From: a virus
DNA length: 64,000 bases
Virus record (IMG/VR): IMGVR_UViG_3300007734_000760
Span: 95,935-159,934 of that record
Strand: one strand, 5' to 3'
The notes beneath the pieces are model-generated. The model was not told the DNA's origin, searched no databases, and saw only the letters and a list, made by a program, of their open reading frames with translations. A program made the translations under genes and the position numbers. Positions 40,644 through 50,563 of the stretch are shown here, piece after piece (positions within the stretch are counted from its first letter, which is position 1; every line of letters begins with the position of its first letter).

Positions 40644-41429
40644 TTATTTAAAAAATCCGTCCATCACATTTTTTAATCCTTCACTTTTAACACTAGCTAA
40701 TGCTTTTGTTTTAATTGGGACTTTTTTAGTTGTCGGCTTTTCATTTAATGTAATATTTGTATTTTGGGAAGACAAGTTACTTTTAAATTTAGGTAAATAT
40801 TCTCTTTCCCATTCAATTCTAGCAGCCATTAAATCGGCTTGATGAACAATAAATATTAATGAAGTACGTGGTTTAGTTTCTGGCGACCAAGATAATAAAT
40901 AAGGCTTATTAGCATCATCATATAAACCATCATGTAATTTAATAGTTAAAAATTCATTTTTAGTATAATTAATACCATGCTGATTTAATAAATAAAGACC
41001 ACGATCTGGAACTGACATGTATTCTAATTTAGTGTTAAAAGTATAATCTTCACCTAATTTATCTTTACGCCACTGATCTGTTTGTGGAATATATGATTCA
41101 TTTTCTGAATCACCCATTTTACCTAAATCATGATTCATAGCTGAAAATACTAATTCTTCAATAGTATACGTTTCACCTACTCCAAATTTAGACCATACTG
41201 AATTAATTTCTAAAGCAGCAGCAATAACTCGGTTAACATGTTCAACATATCCGCCTGGAAATGCATTATGGTATTCTTTTTTATGTGAAGCAGGCATGAA
41301 CATAATACGTTCAGCATATTTATCGTAAAACTCTTTTAATTTTGATGCTCTAGGTTCTGAGATATAAGTATCAATATAATTGATAAATGTTACCCAATTT
41401 TCTTGAAGCTGTTCAGCTGTTAATTTCAT
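40644..41429 (-). CDS. HD-domain phosphohydrolase
   Basis: HNAFPGGYVEH, NHDLGK, HDG and HQAD motifs. Confidence 0.85.
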   Translation of the reverse strand: MKLTAEQLQENWVTFINYIDTYISEPRASKLKEFYDKYAERIMFMPASHKKEYHNAFPGGYVEHVNRVIAAALEINSVWSKFGVGETYTIEELVFSAMNHDLGKMGDSENESYIPQTDQWRKDKLGEDYTFNTKLEYMSVPDRGLYLLNQHGINYTKNEFLTIKLHDGLYDDANKPYLLSWSPETKPRTSLIFIVHQADLMAARIEWEREYLPKFKSNLSSQNTNITLNEKPTTKKVPIKTKALASVKSEGLKNVMDGFFK

Positions 41430-41447
41430 AACTTTTATTTTTAAATA

Positions 41448-41642
41448 TTAAATTGAATTCATTTCATTACCTACAATAGGTTCGTTTTCAATGTACCCTT
41501 TGATTTGATCTAATTGTTCTCTGATATTGATTATTAGTTCAAATGCGCCTTCTCTATTTCCTTGATTTAAGGAAAAATTTAATTTACTTAAATTAGATTC
41601 AACACTGTCTAATTTTCTAAGCACTGGTTCTCTATGTTTCAT
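41448..41642 (-). CDS. Small hypothetical protein
   Basis: ORF track; own promoter motif at 41736-41768. Confidence 0.7.
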   Translation of the reverse strand: MKHREPVLRKLDSVESNLSKLNFSLNQGNREGAFELIINIREQLDQIKGYIENEPIVGNEMNSI

Positions 41643-41787
41643 ATGTTATTTTATTTGTTTATTTCTTATCCCCGTTATATTCATCCGTTTCTTTTTCCCG
41701 TTTCCTCTTATTCCCTTATTTCCTCAAAACCCGTAATATAAATATATATTAAAAGGATCGACAAGCCAAATTTAAATTAAAAAAAGT

Positions 41788-43044
41788 TTAATCATATTTA
41801 ATTAACATGTTTTTTAAATTTTTATTATAAATGTCTTGATATTTTTTACCTTCCTGTTTATTTACCTTCCCAGCTAAAGCTATAACATTTAGGGTAGAAA
41901 TTTTATTTTTAGTTAATTTAAGTTTAGATGATACTTCTTTAGCTTTTAAATTCCATTCTGGTTTAGAATTAGTATTTTCATTTACTTTTTTAATAATAGT
42001 TGTAATTAATATTTTCCAATCATCTGATGATATTTTAGAAGATGATATGCCTGGAATAGGCACAGCTGTTACTTTTTTAATAGCTTCAGATTGAGTCAAA
42101 TATAATTCTTCTGTGTCTGCAGTTTTGATGTCATTTAAAAAATTTGTAAAAGCTATCATTAAAACAGTTAGTTTTGAAAGATATCCTGCTAATAATAATT
42201 TATATGAAGCTAAATCGGCACTCATCAAAAACCCAGCAGCTATTATATCACTATCTCTAGTTGATTTAGGAGGAAACTCGACTAAATTAGCTGCTTTTGC
42301 TAATTGAAAATTAGAATCCATATAAAATAATATTTCTTTATATAACTCTCCTTCACCAGATAAGCTTTCAAGAAAAAATCCATATATCCAATTCACCCAA
42401 TTTAAACTTTTACTATCTTCTAATAGTTTTTCTCTATCAGATAAAGGAATTACATTAATTTGAGTTATAATTATATTATAAAGTTTAAAAGCTTCTTTAC
42501 TTAACTTACTAAATTCAGAATTAATAGTTCCTCCTTTACCTGTTAACTTATTTATATTTTCTTCTTTTTCTTTAGATTGTTTAAAATTAGTAAAATTTTC
42601 ATACCGTATAATACTACCATCAGTGTAAATTAAAAGTTCATTTACAACTTCATCTATTAAATAATTTTCAATACCTTTATCATCTCCTTCAATTATATAT
42701 CCAAAATCACTAAAAGATTTAATACGTTTTTTTTGTGATACTATTTTATCTTTAAAACCACTATTAAACTTTATTAATTTTTCTTTTGTTTCTTTAGTAA
42801 CTTTAGTTACAGTATTAATAGGTACTTCATTTATTGCTACATTATGAAATGTAGATTTAGGAACAGGTAAAAGAGAATAAGGCAAATCTTTACTTTCAGG
42901 AAGATAAATGAAATCAATATTATAATATAAAAACGCTTTTACAAGCATATTATCTATTATAATAGGAGGAACTATGTCCTCTACAACAGTAGTAGTTACA
43001 GTTTTATCTTTTTCTTCTTTTCGTGTTTTTTGCCACTTCTTCAT
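41788..43044 (-). CDS. Hypothetical protein
   Basis: 418-aa ORF, start uncertain. Confidence 0.7.
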   Translation of the reverse strand: MKKWQKTRKEEKDKTVTTTVVEDIVPPIIIDNMLVKAFLYYNIDFIYLPESKDLPYSLLPVPKSTFHNVAINEVPINTVTKVTKETKEKLIKFNSGFKDKIVSQKKRIKSFSDFGYIIEGDDKGIENYLIDEVVNELLIYTDGSIIRYENFTNFKQSKEKEENINKLTGKGGTINSEFSKLSKEAFKLYNIIITQINVIPLSDREKLLEDSKSLNWVNWIYGFFLESLSGEGELYKEILFYMDSNFQLAKAANLVEFPPKSTRDSDIIAAGFLMSADLASYKLLLAGYLSKLTVLMIAFTNFLNDIKTADTEELYLTQSEAIKKVTAVPIPGISSSKISSDDWKILITTIIKKVNENTNSKPEWNLKAKEVSSKLKLTKNKISTLNVIALAGKVNKQEGKKYQDIYNKNLKNMLIKYD

Positions 43045-43468
43045 TTAGTAAATTTATTTTATCTTTGATTTCTTTTAAAAAAGCACATTTTTCATATTCT
43101 TCTAATCGTTCAAAAAATAAAATTGAAGATGTTAAAGATTCTAATAATACATCATCTGCTTTTAATTTTAAACAATCTATGTGAAAAGAATTAGACAAAT
43201 TTATATTTTTAATATAATTCCAAGCTTTATTATAAATAATAACTTCACTTAACTTTTTAATATTTTCTATGTCAACATCTAAAGATGTTTTTTTAATATT
43301 TTTAGTCATATACTGAGTAAAAAATACATAGTTATTTATTACTTTATTAAAGTATCCAATCCAATATAATGGATGTTCTGAAAAGTCAACTAATAAAGAA
43401 AGATCATCTGTGTCTTTACTAACATTGCTTTTATCAAACGCGTCAAATATTTTATTTAAATTTATCAT
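43004..43468 (-). CDS. Hypothetical protein with UvrB/C-like helical motif
   Basis: FERLEEYEKCAFLKEI. Confidence 0.65.
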   Translation of the reverse strand: MINLNKIFDAFDKSNVSKDTDDLSLLVDFSEHPLYWIGYFNKVINNYVFFTQYMTKNIKKTSLDVDIENIKKLSEVIIYNKAWNYIKNINLSNSFHIDCLKLKADDVLLESLTSSILFFERLEEYEKCAFLKEIKDKINLLNEEVAKNTKRRKR

Positions 43469-43525
43469 AATAGAGAAAAAGCTTCATATAATTAATATGA
43501 AGCTATAACTTAAATAAATTACTAA

Positions 43526-43693
43526 TTATTTATTAGTTGCATTAGTGTCTGTTTCAACAGGACATGGTAATGCACAACCATTAGTGTCAACAACTGATGT
43601 TGAATCTACATTAACTACAACTTCTGAAGGTGTAGTAGAACTGCATGACATAATTAATGCCGATACAATTAGGATTAAAATTGTGTTTTTCAT
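43526..43693 (-). CDS. Small lipoprotein (55 aa)
   Basis: MKNTILILIVSALIMSC signal with lipobox; not in ORF track. Confidence 0.7.
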   Translation of the reverse strand: MKNTILILIVSALIMSCSSTTPSEVVVNVDSTSVVDTNGCALPCPVETDTNATNK

Positions 43694-43796
43694 GATTATA
43701 AATATATGATAATTTAATCATTTTCCAAATTTAAATTAAAAATTTAGTTAGGCTTTCAAAAAATTTTTACTTATATTTATAAAAAAATAAAAGGTT

Positions 43797-44276
43797 ATGA
43801 GAATAAATATTTTAAATAAAATGATAGAAACAAGTTTAAATCCATATGTAGCATTTTACATTAAACTTAATCATACAAAAGAAGAATATGATAAGTTATA
43901 TGAAAAAGCAAATGATATTATAACAAAAGACTTTTTAGAAAAATTCCACAACAATGTGTTAGACATTGATTTATCATATGATGCTAGTTACATTTTAATT
44001 AGACAAAATTTTATATACGAGTATAAACAAATGATGAATCAGTGTAATCTTAATTATGTGATGGTAGATGCAATAGATGAATTGTGGGAATTAGAAGATT
44101 TAACTCCACTATTAAACATAGAAGATTCATATTTTGACGATGAGTTTTTAGAGGGTTTAAAAACGATTGTAGAACGTAAATATGATGTAGACGATGTTTT
44201 AGATAAAATTAGTAGAAGCAGTTATCAATCGCTTAATGTGTTAAATAAACATATTTTAAATAAAAAAAGCCGCTAA
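43797..44276 (+). CDS. Hypothetical protein (only credible + strand gene)
   Basis: Upstream TAGGC..TATATTTA motif and AAGGTTATG start; DVDDVLDKIS C-terminus. Confidence 0.8.
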   Translation: MRINILNKMIETSLNPYVAFYIKLNHTKEEYDKLYEKANDIITKDFLEKFHNNVLDIDLSYDASYILIRQNFIYEYKQMMNQCNLNYVMVDAIDELWELEDLTPLLNIEDSYFDDEFLEGLKTIVERKYDVDDVLDKISRSSYQSLNVLNKHILNKKSR

Positions 44277-44290
44277 AAGCGGCTTTAATT
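44263..44290. terminator. Bidirectional terminator between convergent genes
   Basis: AAAGCCGC-TAAAA-GCGGCTTT. Confidence 0.8.
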
Positions 44291-44304
44291 TTTACATTAA
44301 TATT

Positions 44305-44757
44305 TTATCTACCTGTAGTAGTTGAATCAGTACTATAATAAAACTGTGGTGCAATTTTATTACCTGTACGTTTACTAATTCCTGCGGCTTGATAGCCTAA
44401 TTTACCACCTTTAAAACTAGATGTTTTAGCTATAGCTCTTACATCTGTTTTCATTTTTTCTAAATTTGGTGCGTTTTCTAATTTTTTATCTTTAATTAAT
44501 GCTTCTAATTCTGCTTCAAAATCAGCTATGTCTTTTTTACTAGGACCAAAAAATCCTTCATTTGTTGAAGTATTATGAATATTTACGGCATAATTATATC
44601 CCTCAAGATATCCTGCTTTATAAGCATCTTCTGTATCTTTATAAGACTGTGTAGCTTTTTCATTATCTAATCCTGGACATAATATGTGAATTTCATCTAG
44701 TGATGTTTCTTCAGCAATTATTTCTTTTATAAGAATTCTTAATTCGTTTATTTTCAT
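44305..44757 (-). CDS. Leader-tagged hypothetical protein
   Basis: MKINELRILIKEIIAEETSLDE. Confidence 0.75.
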   Translation of the reverse strand: MKINELRILIKEIIAEETSLDEIHILCPGLDNEKATQSYKDTEDAYKAGYLEGYNYAVNIHNTSTNEGFFGPSKKDIADFEAELEALIKDKKLENAPNLEKMKTDVRAIAKTSSFKGGKLGYQAAGISKRTGNKIAPQFYYSTDSTTTGR

Positions 44758-44827
44758 GGTAGTAAAATTATTTTATTATAAATATATAGTAGGAATAAAA
44801 AAATGTAGGTCCCTTAACGGGTTTAAT

Positions 44828-45115
44828 TTATGATTTAATTAATTGTTTAGATGCTGATAATTTATCAATTCGAGAATCAATGTACGAATGAGCATCATCT
44901 ATTCGTCTGTGTAATTGCTCTACTTCTTTATCTATCCTTTGATAAACGTTTTTGTCGCCATCAAAGATTTGTGTGTGAGTATGACTAAGATCGCCGTGTA
45001 ACTCTTTTATTTGTTTTTGCAGTTTTAATACCTTCACAATACTCAAAACAACAACTACCATAAAAACGGTAGCTATCACAGAAAGTACTCCAAAAGTAAA
45101 CGATATTATTTCCAT
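44828..45115 (-). CDS. Small membrane protein with coiled coil
   Basis: N-terminal TM helix. Confidence 0.7.
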   Translation of the reverse strand: MEIISFTFGVLSVIATVFMVVVVLSIVKVLKLQKQIKELHGDLSHTHTQIFDGDKNVYQRIDKEVEQLHRRIDDAHSYIDSRIDKLSASKQLIKS

Positions 45116-45199
45116 ATTATTTGCTTTTTTGTTTTAATCAAAGAACGTCACACTTATGTTTTAATATAGCCATAAAGATACAACTTTACAACTTTAATA

Positions 45200-45572
45200 T
45201 GGTGGATCCGGAGGGAATCGAACCCTCGTGCAAACGATCAGACTAAGAAAATCATTCACAGGCTTAGTCGTGTTTTTCTAAACAAACAAAATAATCAATT
45301 TTTTGGATCTTTGAAGAAACTGATAAAAACTATGCAACCAGATAAGTCAGGCTTACTTCACCGTTTGTGTCCTTCTGTTCCTAGGATAGACACATCCCGT
45401 TAACTAGGCTGCTATTGCAACTTCGTTGCTTACGAAAGACAATGCGTCTTCGAAAGTGAAATCAGAGATTTCGTTTGCGGTTAAGCTTTTATATAGGTGA
45501 TTAAAGTGCTTCCAATACTAGCACTGCCTGCATTTCAAAGAACTCGATCGCCTGTCAATACCGGTCGGACCC
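45200..45572 (-). ncRNA. ssrA: tmRNA
   Basis: Acceptor GGGTCCG/CGGATCC-ACCA with G3-U pair, T-arm GAGGG-TTCGATT-CCCTC, tag ORF 45478-45404 ANEISDFTFEDALSFVSNEVAIAA*. Confidence 0.92.
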
Positions 45573-45584
45573 ATAATCTTTTTG

Positions 45585-45638
45585 TAGTCAGGACAGGATT
45601 CGAACCTGTAGTAACGGATACTATTCCTCTACCTGACT
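45585..45638 (-). ncRNA. Minimal tRNA-like element (acceptor plus T-arm only, 54 nt)
   Basis: AGTCAGG/CCTGACT-A and ACAGG-TTCGAAT-CCTGT; only about 22 nt where D and anticodon arms belong. Confidence 0.7.
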
Positions 45639-45644
45639 AAATTG

Positions 45645-45705
45645 CTCCTTATAAATCCTTCCCGTGCACGGAACAAGAAACTGGGGAGACGTTGTTTCTA
45701 CTTTT
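45645..45705 (-). repeat. 61-nt structured repeat, copy 1
   Basis: 57/61 identical to 56788-56848. Confidence 0.85.
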
Positions 45706-45761
45706 CAGAGGCTTAGTTACCCTCATCTGACCGTTTAGCAGGTTGAAGCTGCACTTTGGCG

Positions 45762-45833
45762 TACTCTGTACGGGAATCGAACCCGTATTTTGTCCGTGAA
45801 AGGGACACGTCCTAGCCCTTAGACGAACGGAGC
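45762..45833 (-). tRNA. tRNA-Glu (TTC)
   Basis: Cloverleaf; anticodon arm TGTCC-CTTTCAC-GGACA; one acceptor mismatch; CCA not encoded. Confidence 0.9.
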
Positions 45834-46038
45834 AAGTGTTTACCGTTTGTTGAATCCTTTTATAGGAACAAATCTTTCAACATTTTCTTTAACTACAGAT
45901 TTAGGCTTTCTTTTTAAACTGCCTAACCATTGAATTAAACAGTCAACCTTTAATTTTACATTTTTTACTTTTGCCATTTTACTTATTTTAAGTTATTAAT
46001 TACATTACCTCATATCTTTATACATAAATATGTATATA

Positions 46039-46203
46039 CTACTTATAGCGCTTTTGCCAAACATCATTTGTGCCTAAAATTCCAAGCGTACAAAGCAAAC
46101 GAGCAACCCAATGCCAATGTGATGGATTTAAGTCAAATATTATTAGTGAAAAAATCAAATACCACATTATAAGCGCGGTTAAAAGTATTGCTAATTGTCT
46201 CAT
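46039..46203 (-). CDS. Small two-TM membrane protein
   Basis: MRQLAILLTALIMWYLIFS...; likely start at internal ATG of ORF 46039-46278. Confidence 0.55.
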   Translation of the reverse strand: MRQLAILLTALIMWYLIFSLIIFDLNPSHWHWVARLLCTLGILGTNDVWQKRYK

Positions 46204-46231
46204 ATTTATTTGTTTAAGTGTTTTAAAATCG

Positions 46232-46735
46232 TTATTTGCACCAAATGTCGCTATAATTTCTACGTATGCCATTATCATCTAAACCATAACCAAAAGTCCA
46301 CTCATTGTCAATGTCAAATGCATGAAAGTCAACGGGAAATGTTGATGTGCGACGGTGTAATAGTGTTACTACTTTAACTTCAACTGGCTGTTTATTGTTT
46401 ACTCGTATAAGTATTTCTAACATTGTGTTGCCTGAGTCTATCATGTCCTCTATGATGTACACTCTTTTACCTTTGAGAGACAGTTCAATGTCTTTTGTTA
46501 TTTCAACTCCGTCTGAATTGTCTTGGCCTGTGTATGATTTAGCCCTTATGAAGTCTACCTCGTGTGGCACTTTTACACTTTTTGTTAAATCTGAGAAAAA
46601 CATGTATGCACCATTTAACACACAAATAAACACAGGCGGTAAAGTGTTTGGGCTTTTTGTGTGATCATCGTCAATAGCTTGAGCTAGTTCTTTTATGCGA
46701 CTTTGAATTTCTAAGTTGGTTATTAACTTTTTCAT
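46232..46735 (-). CDS. hpt: Hypoxanthine phosphoribosyltransferase
   Basis: CVLNGAYMFFSDL, KSY, PRPP motif YIIEDMIDSGNT, FGYGLD. Confidence 0.9.
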   Translation of the reverse strand: MKKLITNLEIQSRIKELAQAIDDDHTKSPNTLPPVFICVLNGAYMFFSDLTKSVKVPHEVDFIRAKSYTGQDNSDGVEITKDIELSLKGKRVYIIEDMIDSGNTMLEILIRVNNKQPVEVKVVTLLHRRTSTFPVDFHAFDIDNEWTFGYGLDDNGIRRNYSDIWCK

Positions 46736-47021
46736 TTTTACTTAATATATATACTTTTACTGTGGCAGCCAAGTTGTTTAAAAGAAACTTTTGAGATTTG
46801 TGAGGGGTTGGCAAAAGGGCACTTTTGGAAGTTGGTGTGGTATATAAGTATATATTTGATCGATGGTAAAAAGGTATACTCGATCTATACATCAATCCAG
46901 CTCCTGATTTTAAACACGTGCATATATCATGGATAACAACGCGCGTGGTCCTTACCATATACGTACGTACATAGTACGCGCACCTAACGCAGGACTATCC
47001 TTCACATCTTTCAAACTTAAA

Positions 47022-47049
47022 CAAAATGCACACTTAAGTGCATTTTATT
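47022..47049. terminator. Hairpin terminator ending the early-type region
   Basis: AAAATGCAC-ACTTAA-GTGCATTTT. Confidence 0.65.
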
Positions 47050-47114
47050 TTACTTTATTTATTTATTAATTATCACACCATTTACATCCTTTAATTATTA
47101 ACTTATCTAAACGT

Positions 47115-47312
47115 TTAATTAATCCTAATATGGTTACTTAACTTATTTTGATATCGAGCGTTCATAAACGAGTGTCTTAATTTCTTTTTAAATTTATTTA
47201 TATTAATTCTATGATGTACACGATGTACTTTACGTCTGTGTCTAGTGTCTGATGCTGACACATTTATTGTTACTAGAATTAATACTAGTATTATTGCTAC
47301 TTGTTTTGTCAT
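47115..47312 (-). CDS. Small secreted basic protein
   Basis: Signal-peptide-like N-terminus; His/Arg/Lys-rich. Confidence 0.65.
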   Translation of the reverse strand: MTKQVAIILVLILVTINVSASDTRHRRKVHRVHHRININKFKKKLRHSFMNARYQNKLSNHIRIN

Positions 47313-47357
47313 AACTTTTATTTATTAATTATTAATTTATTTTACTTTTTTTATTTA

Positions 47358-47642
47358 TTAATCAACATAATATATTTCTTTAATATGTTCAATTAAATCT
47401 TCCATGGCGTCATGAATCAAAATCTTTACAGTATCATTATTAAAATCATAATTTTTATCATCTAATTTTAAATTTATTTTACTACACGCTTCTGCTAATT
47501 CTTTATTATCACTTTCATAAATACTATCTAATTGTTCTGAATAATTTTCTATTTTATTTATTACATTATCATTTATTATTTCTATAATAAATTCATCTTG
47601 TAATATTAATTCACTTTTAATTAATTCTTTTAAATGTTTCAT
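47358..47642 (-). CDS. Small acidic hypothetical protein
   Basis: ORF track; own promoter-like repeat. Confidence 0.7.
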   Translation of the reverse strand: MKHLKELIKSELILQDEFIIEIINDNVINKIENYSEQLDSIYESDNKELAEACSKINLKLDDKNYDFNNDTVKILIHDAMEDLIEHIKEIYYVD

Positions 47643-47818
47643 TTTTATTTATTTTTAATTATTTAATAAATTACTTTTTATTATTATATATAAAATTTAT
47701 AATTTATTAATTATTTAAATATAATATAATTTATTTAATTATTTAAATATCATTTAATATTCTATTAATAAACATAAAAGGTGCATTTTTAATATACACC
47801 CTTTACATTTACATTACT

Positions 47819-48205
47819 TTATTGCTCTAACCACATTTCATAATTCATTCCTAAATTTTCACTTATGTCACTTTTATAATCTAATAATTCCCAAAATAAA
47901 TCACTTCCACTTTCTTCACTTCCATTTTGATAAAAATTACTTCCATTTAAAATCCATCCATCATTAATCAAATTATCAGTAAACGCATTACTAAATCTTT
48001 CAAATACTATTAATTCACACATGTCAAATAATATCATTTCACTGTCGTCCTCAATGTTACTACAATAATCTTTATAAATTTTATTTATAACATCATCGTC
48101 TTTTAATATTTCTTCAATACCATCATAAAATTTATTACTTTTATCATAATCAAAAGCATCTAAATAATTTTTAATTTCTAACTTAATTTCACTTTCGTTT
48201 CTCAT
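47819..48205 (-). CDS. Small acidic hypothetical protein
   Basis: ORF track; own promoter-like repeat. Confidence 0.7.
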   Translation of the reverse strand: MRNESEIKLEIKNYLDAFDYDKSNKFYDGIEEILKDDDVINKIYKDYCSNIEDDSEMILFDMCELIVFERFSNAFTDNLINDGWILNGSNFYQNGSEESGSDLFWELLDYKSDISENLGMNYEMWLEQ

Positions 48206-48333
48206 TTTTTTAATTATTATTAATTTATAATTTATTTAATTAATTTAAATATAATAAAAATAATTTAATTATTTAAATATCATTTAATAAACAAATAAGG
48301 GCACATATTACATGCACCCTTATTATATTATCA

Positions 48334-48732
48334 TTATTTACTATACTCTTTTACTAACGCCTCAATTAAATCATTTACTTTTAAATCTTTATCAATAGAC
48401 ATTAAAACAATTTTATTATATAAATTACCACAATTATCATGACTAACCCATATATTTAAATCATTTACTATATTATTATTATAACTATTAATACAAAACG
48501 TATACTGTTTATTATACTTTTTATGTAAACTTTCTGTTATTTTACTCATCTCAATATTTATATTATTTATTTTATTATTTAATAATTTTTTATCATTATT
48601 TAATTTTATTAAATTAATACAATCTTTATCTTTTTTACTTTTTTCTTTAATATCTTTTAATTTAATTTCATTTACTTTGTTTCTTACTTCTTGAGTAATC
48701 ACATTTACTTCATTTCTACTTAATTTTTTCAT
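48334..48732 (-). CDS. Hypothetical protein
   Basis: ORF track; AAGTTATG start. Confidence 0.7.
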   Translation of the reverse strand: MKKLSRNEVNVITQEVRNKVNEIKLKDIKEKSKKDKDCINLIKLNNDKKLLNNKINNINIEMSKITESLHKKYNKQYTFCINSYNNNIVNDLNIWVSHDNCGNLYNKIVLMSIDKDLKVNDLIEALVKEYSK

Positions 48733-48830
48733 AACTTGTTTTTTTTAATTATTAATTATTTATTTATTTATTATTAATTTAAATATATATAAAATTATTT
48801 TATAACCCTATAAACATTAATATTTATTTA

Positions 48831-49034
48831 TTAATATTCAAACTCTAAAACAATTGTTTCTTCAAATATATCAAATAACACTGATTCAATTTTTTTATTT
48901 GTCTCATTTTGAATTCTACTAAATATCTCACAATGTTTATCATTTTGGTCATCATGTTCTTCACCTACTTCTTCAGTGAACTTTTTTTCCCACATGTTAC
49001 CCATGTCATCAAAATCAATCTTAATTGTAATCAT
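48831..49034 (-). CDS. Small acidic hypothetical protein
   Basis: ORF track; AAGTTATG start. Confidence 0.7.
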   Translation of the reverse strand: MITIKIDFDDMGNMWEKKFTEEVGEEHDDQNDKHCEIFSRIQNETNKKIESVLFDIFEETIVLEFEY

Positions 49035-49128
49035 AACTTTTTTAATTTTATTTATTAATTTATAATTTATTTAATTAATATAAATATAATAAAATTTATT
49101 TAATTATTTAAATTACATTTAATAAACA

Positions 49129-49410
49129 TTAAATAATTCTAAATGCGAACTTATCTAAATCATCAAAGGCACTTTCACTTTCAACAAGTGACTCATTAAA
49201 CACACTTTCATCACCACTTTCAATGTACTTCCAATTTAATTTAATATAATATTCTTCACTCATGTCATCAATGTACTTCATGTTAAACTCATAAAAGTCA
49301 CATTCACTTATATATTTATTTATTTTAAATTTACTTTTAAAGTCTTTTAAAATGTCTTCATCTTCATAAGACTCAATAACTTCTAAAACTACATCATAAT
49401 TATTTATCAT
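49129..49410 (-). CDS. Small acidic hypothetical protein
   Basis: ORF track; AAGTTATG start. Confidence 0.7.
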   Translation of the reverse strand: MINNYDVVLEVIESYEDEDILKDFKSKFKINKYISECDFYEFNMKYIDDMSEEYYIKLNWKYIESGDESVFNESLVESESAFDDLDKFAFRII

Positions 49411-49496
49411 AACTTTTTTTTATTTATATTATTATTATTAATTTTTTATATAATTTAAATATATATTAATTAATTATATAACCCTATAAACATTAA

Positions 49497-49673
49497 TTAA
49501 AACACTATTAAATCAATTACTTGTTCACCTGTTGGCTTTCCATTACACATAATTTCATAGTTTGGGTCCATTCCACTTTCTACTACTGCGTTCACTAATG
49601 CGTCTATTGAGTAAAACTCATTTTCCCAGTACTTACAGTCTAATGTGTACACATTTAATTTATTATTTTTCAT
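49497..49673 (-). CDS. Small hypothetical protein (58 aa)
   Basis: MKNNKLNVYTLDCKYWENEFYSIDALVNAVVESGMDPNYEI...; not in ORF track. Confidence 0.6.
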   Translation of the reverse strand: MKNNKLNVYTLDCKYWENEFYSIDALVNAVVESGMDPNYEIMCNGKPTGEQVIDLIVF

Positions 49674-49936
49674 AACTACTCATTATATTTAATTCGGTTA
49701 TTGTTCCTTTAATTACACCTTGTAGGTATCCCACTATATAGGCATGACTACGTTCACCATCTTTCCACAATTGTTCTGAAATTTCAAATTCTTTTTGCAA
49801 AAGATCTGCTAATATTTTTTCTTTCATATTATTTATTATTAATTATTAATTTATTTATAATTTAAATATATAAAATTTAATTTTATAATCCAATAAACAA
49901 ATAAAAGTGGCCCTTATTTGGGCCACTTATTATTAA

Positions 49937-50284
49937 TTACTCACCTTTTTCTAGTTCAATTAAATCAAACCCTGGATCTGTTAATATATCCATTTTTGGT
50001 CTACCACGTTTTAACTGTATCCCTTGACTTAATTTTAAGTCTCTCATTTGTAGAACTTGTTGGCGTTTACTACCTTCTTTTACTGGTCGGCCACGTTTTA
50101 AATCACCATTCTCACGTTTTGACTCTAATTCTTTTAAACGTTTTTGTCGTTCACTGTCCTCCTTTACTGGTCGGCCCAATTTAAACATACCGTTTTGTTT
50201 TTTCAATTCTCTCTCTTGTAGAATTTGTTGTCTTTTGCTTTCGCTGTTTACTGGACGTCCCAGTTGTTTTACTTCATTTGTCAT
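49937..50284 (-). CDS. AT-hook-like repeat DNA-binding protein
   Basis: Four GRP motifs at 28-29 aa spacing. Confidence 0.7.
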   Translation of the reverse strand: MTNEVKQLGRPVNSESKRQQILQERELKKQNGMFKLGRPVKEDSERQKRLKELESKRENGDLKRGRPVKEGSKRQQVLQMRDLKLSQGIQLKRGRPKMDILTDPGFDLIELEKGE

Positions 50285-50350
50285 AACTTTTCTTTTTTGT
50301 TTTTTATTTATTATTTATTTATTTATTTTATTAATTTAAATATATATTAA

Positions 50351-50563
50351 TTAATTTTGAGAGCCTAAATATATTTTTAAACATTCTTCACATCCAATGT
50401 GTTCAACATTTTCAATTTTGGCCCAATTAGTACTTAACATTGGTACTTCACATAATGTTCTTCCACTAAATGTGCCCACTTGTGCAATATGTGCACTGTT
50501 ACTCCATACATTACCTTTATTTCCAAATAAATAGTAATTACTTTTTAATTCTTTTACTTTCAT
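50351..50563 (-). CDS. Small hypothetical protein, possible zinc binder
   Basis: H...C...CEEC. Confidence 0.65.
   Translation of the reverse strand: MKVKELKSNYYLFGNKGNVWSNSAHIAQVGTFSGRTLCEVPMLSTNWAKIENVEHIGCEECLKIYLGSQN

Larger units (their letters stand above)
3497..44785 (-). promoter_or_regulatory. Dispersed late-type motif ATATTTATA before virion-type genes
   Basis: + strand TATAAATAT at 3497, 5011, 5379, 9486, 18877, 21580, 27415, 37100, 43697 and 44777, 3-37 nt from an ATG. Confidence 0.7.

Noticed and set aside
45706-45756. Hammerhead ribozyme (CAGATGA...GAAA on the - strand)
   Set aside because: The core deviates from CTGATGA and stems I and III cannot be formed convincingly
46671-46958. 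95-aa ORF in the junction region
   Set aside because: Atypical composition; it overlaps the hpt promoter and 5' end
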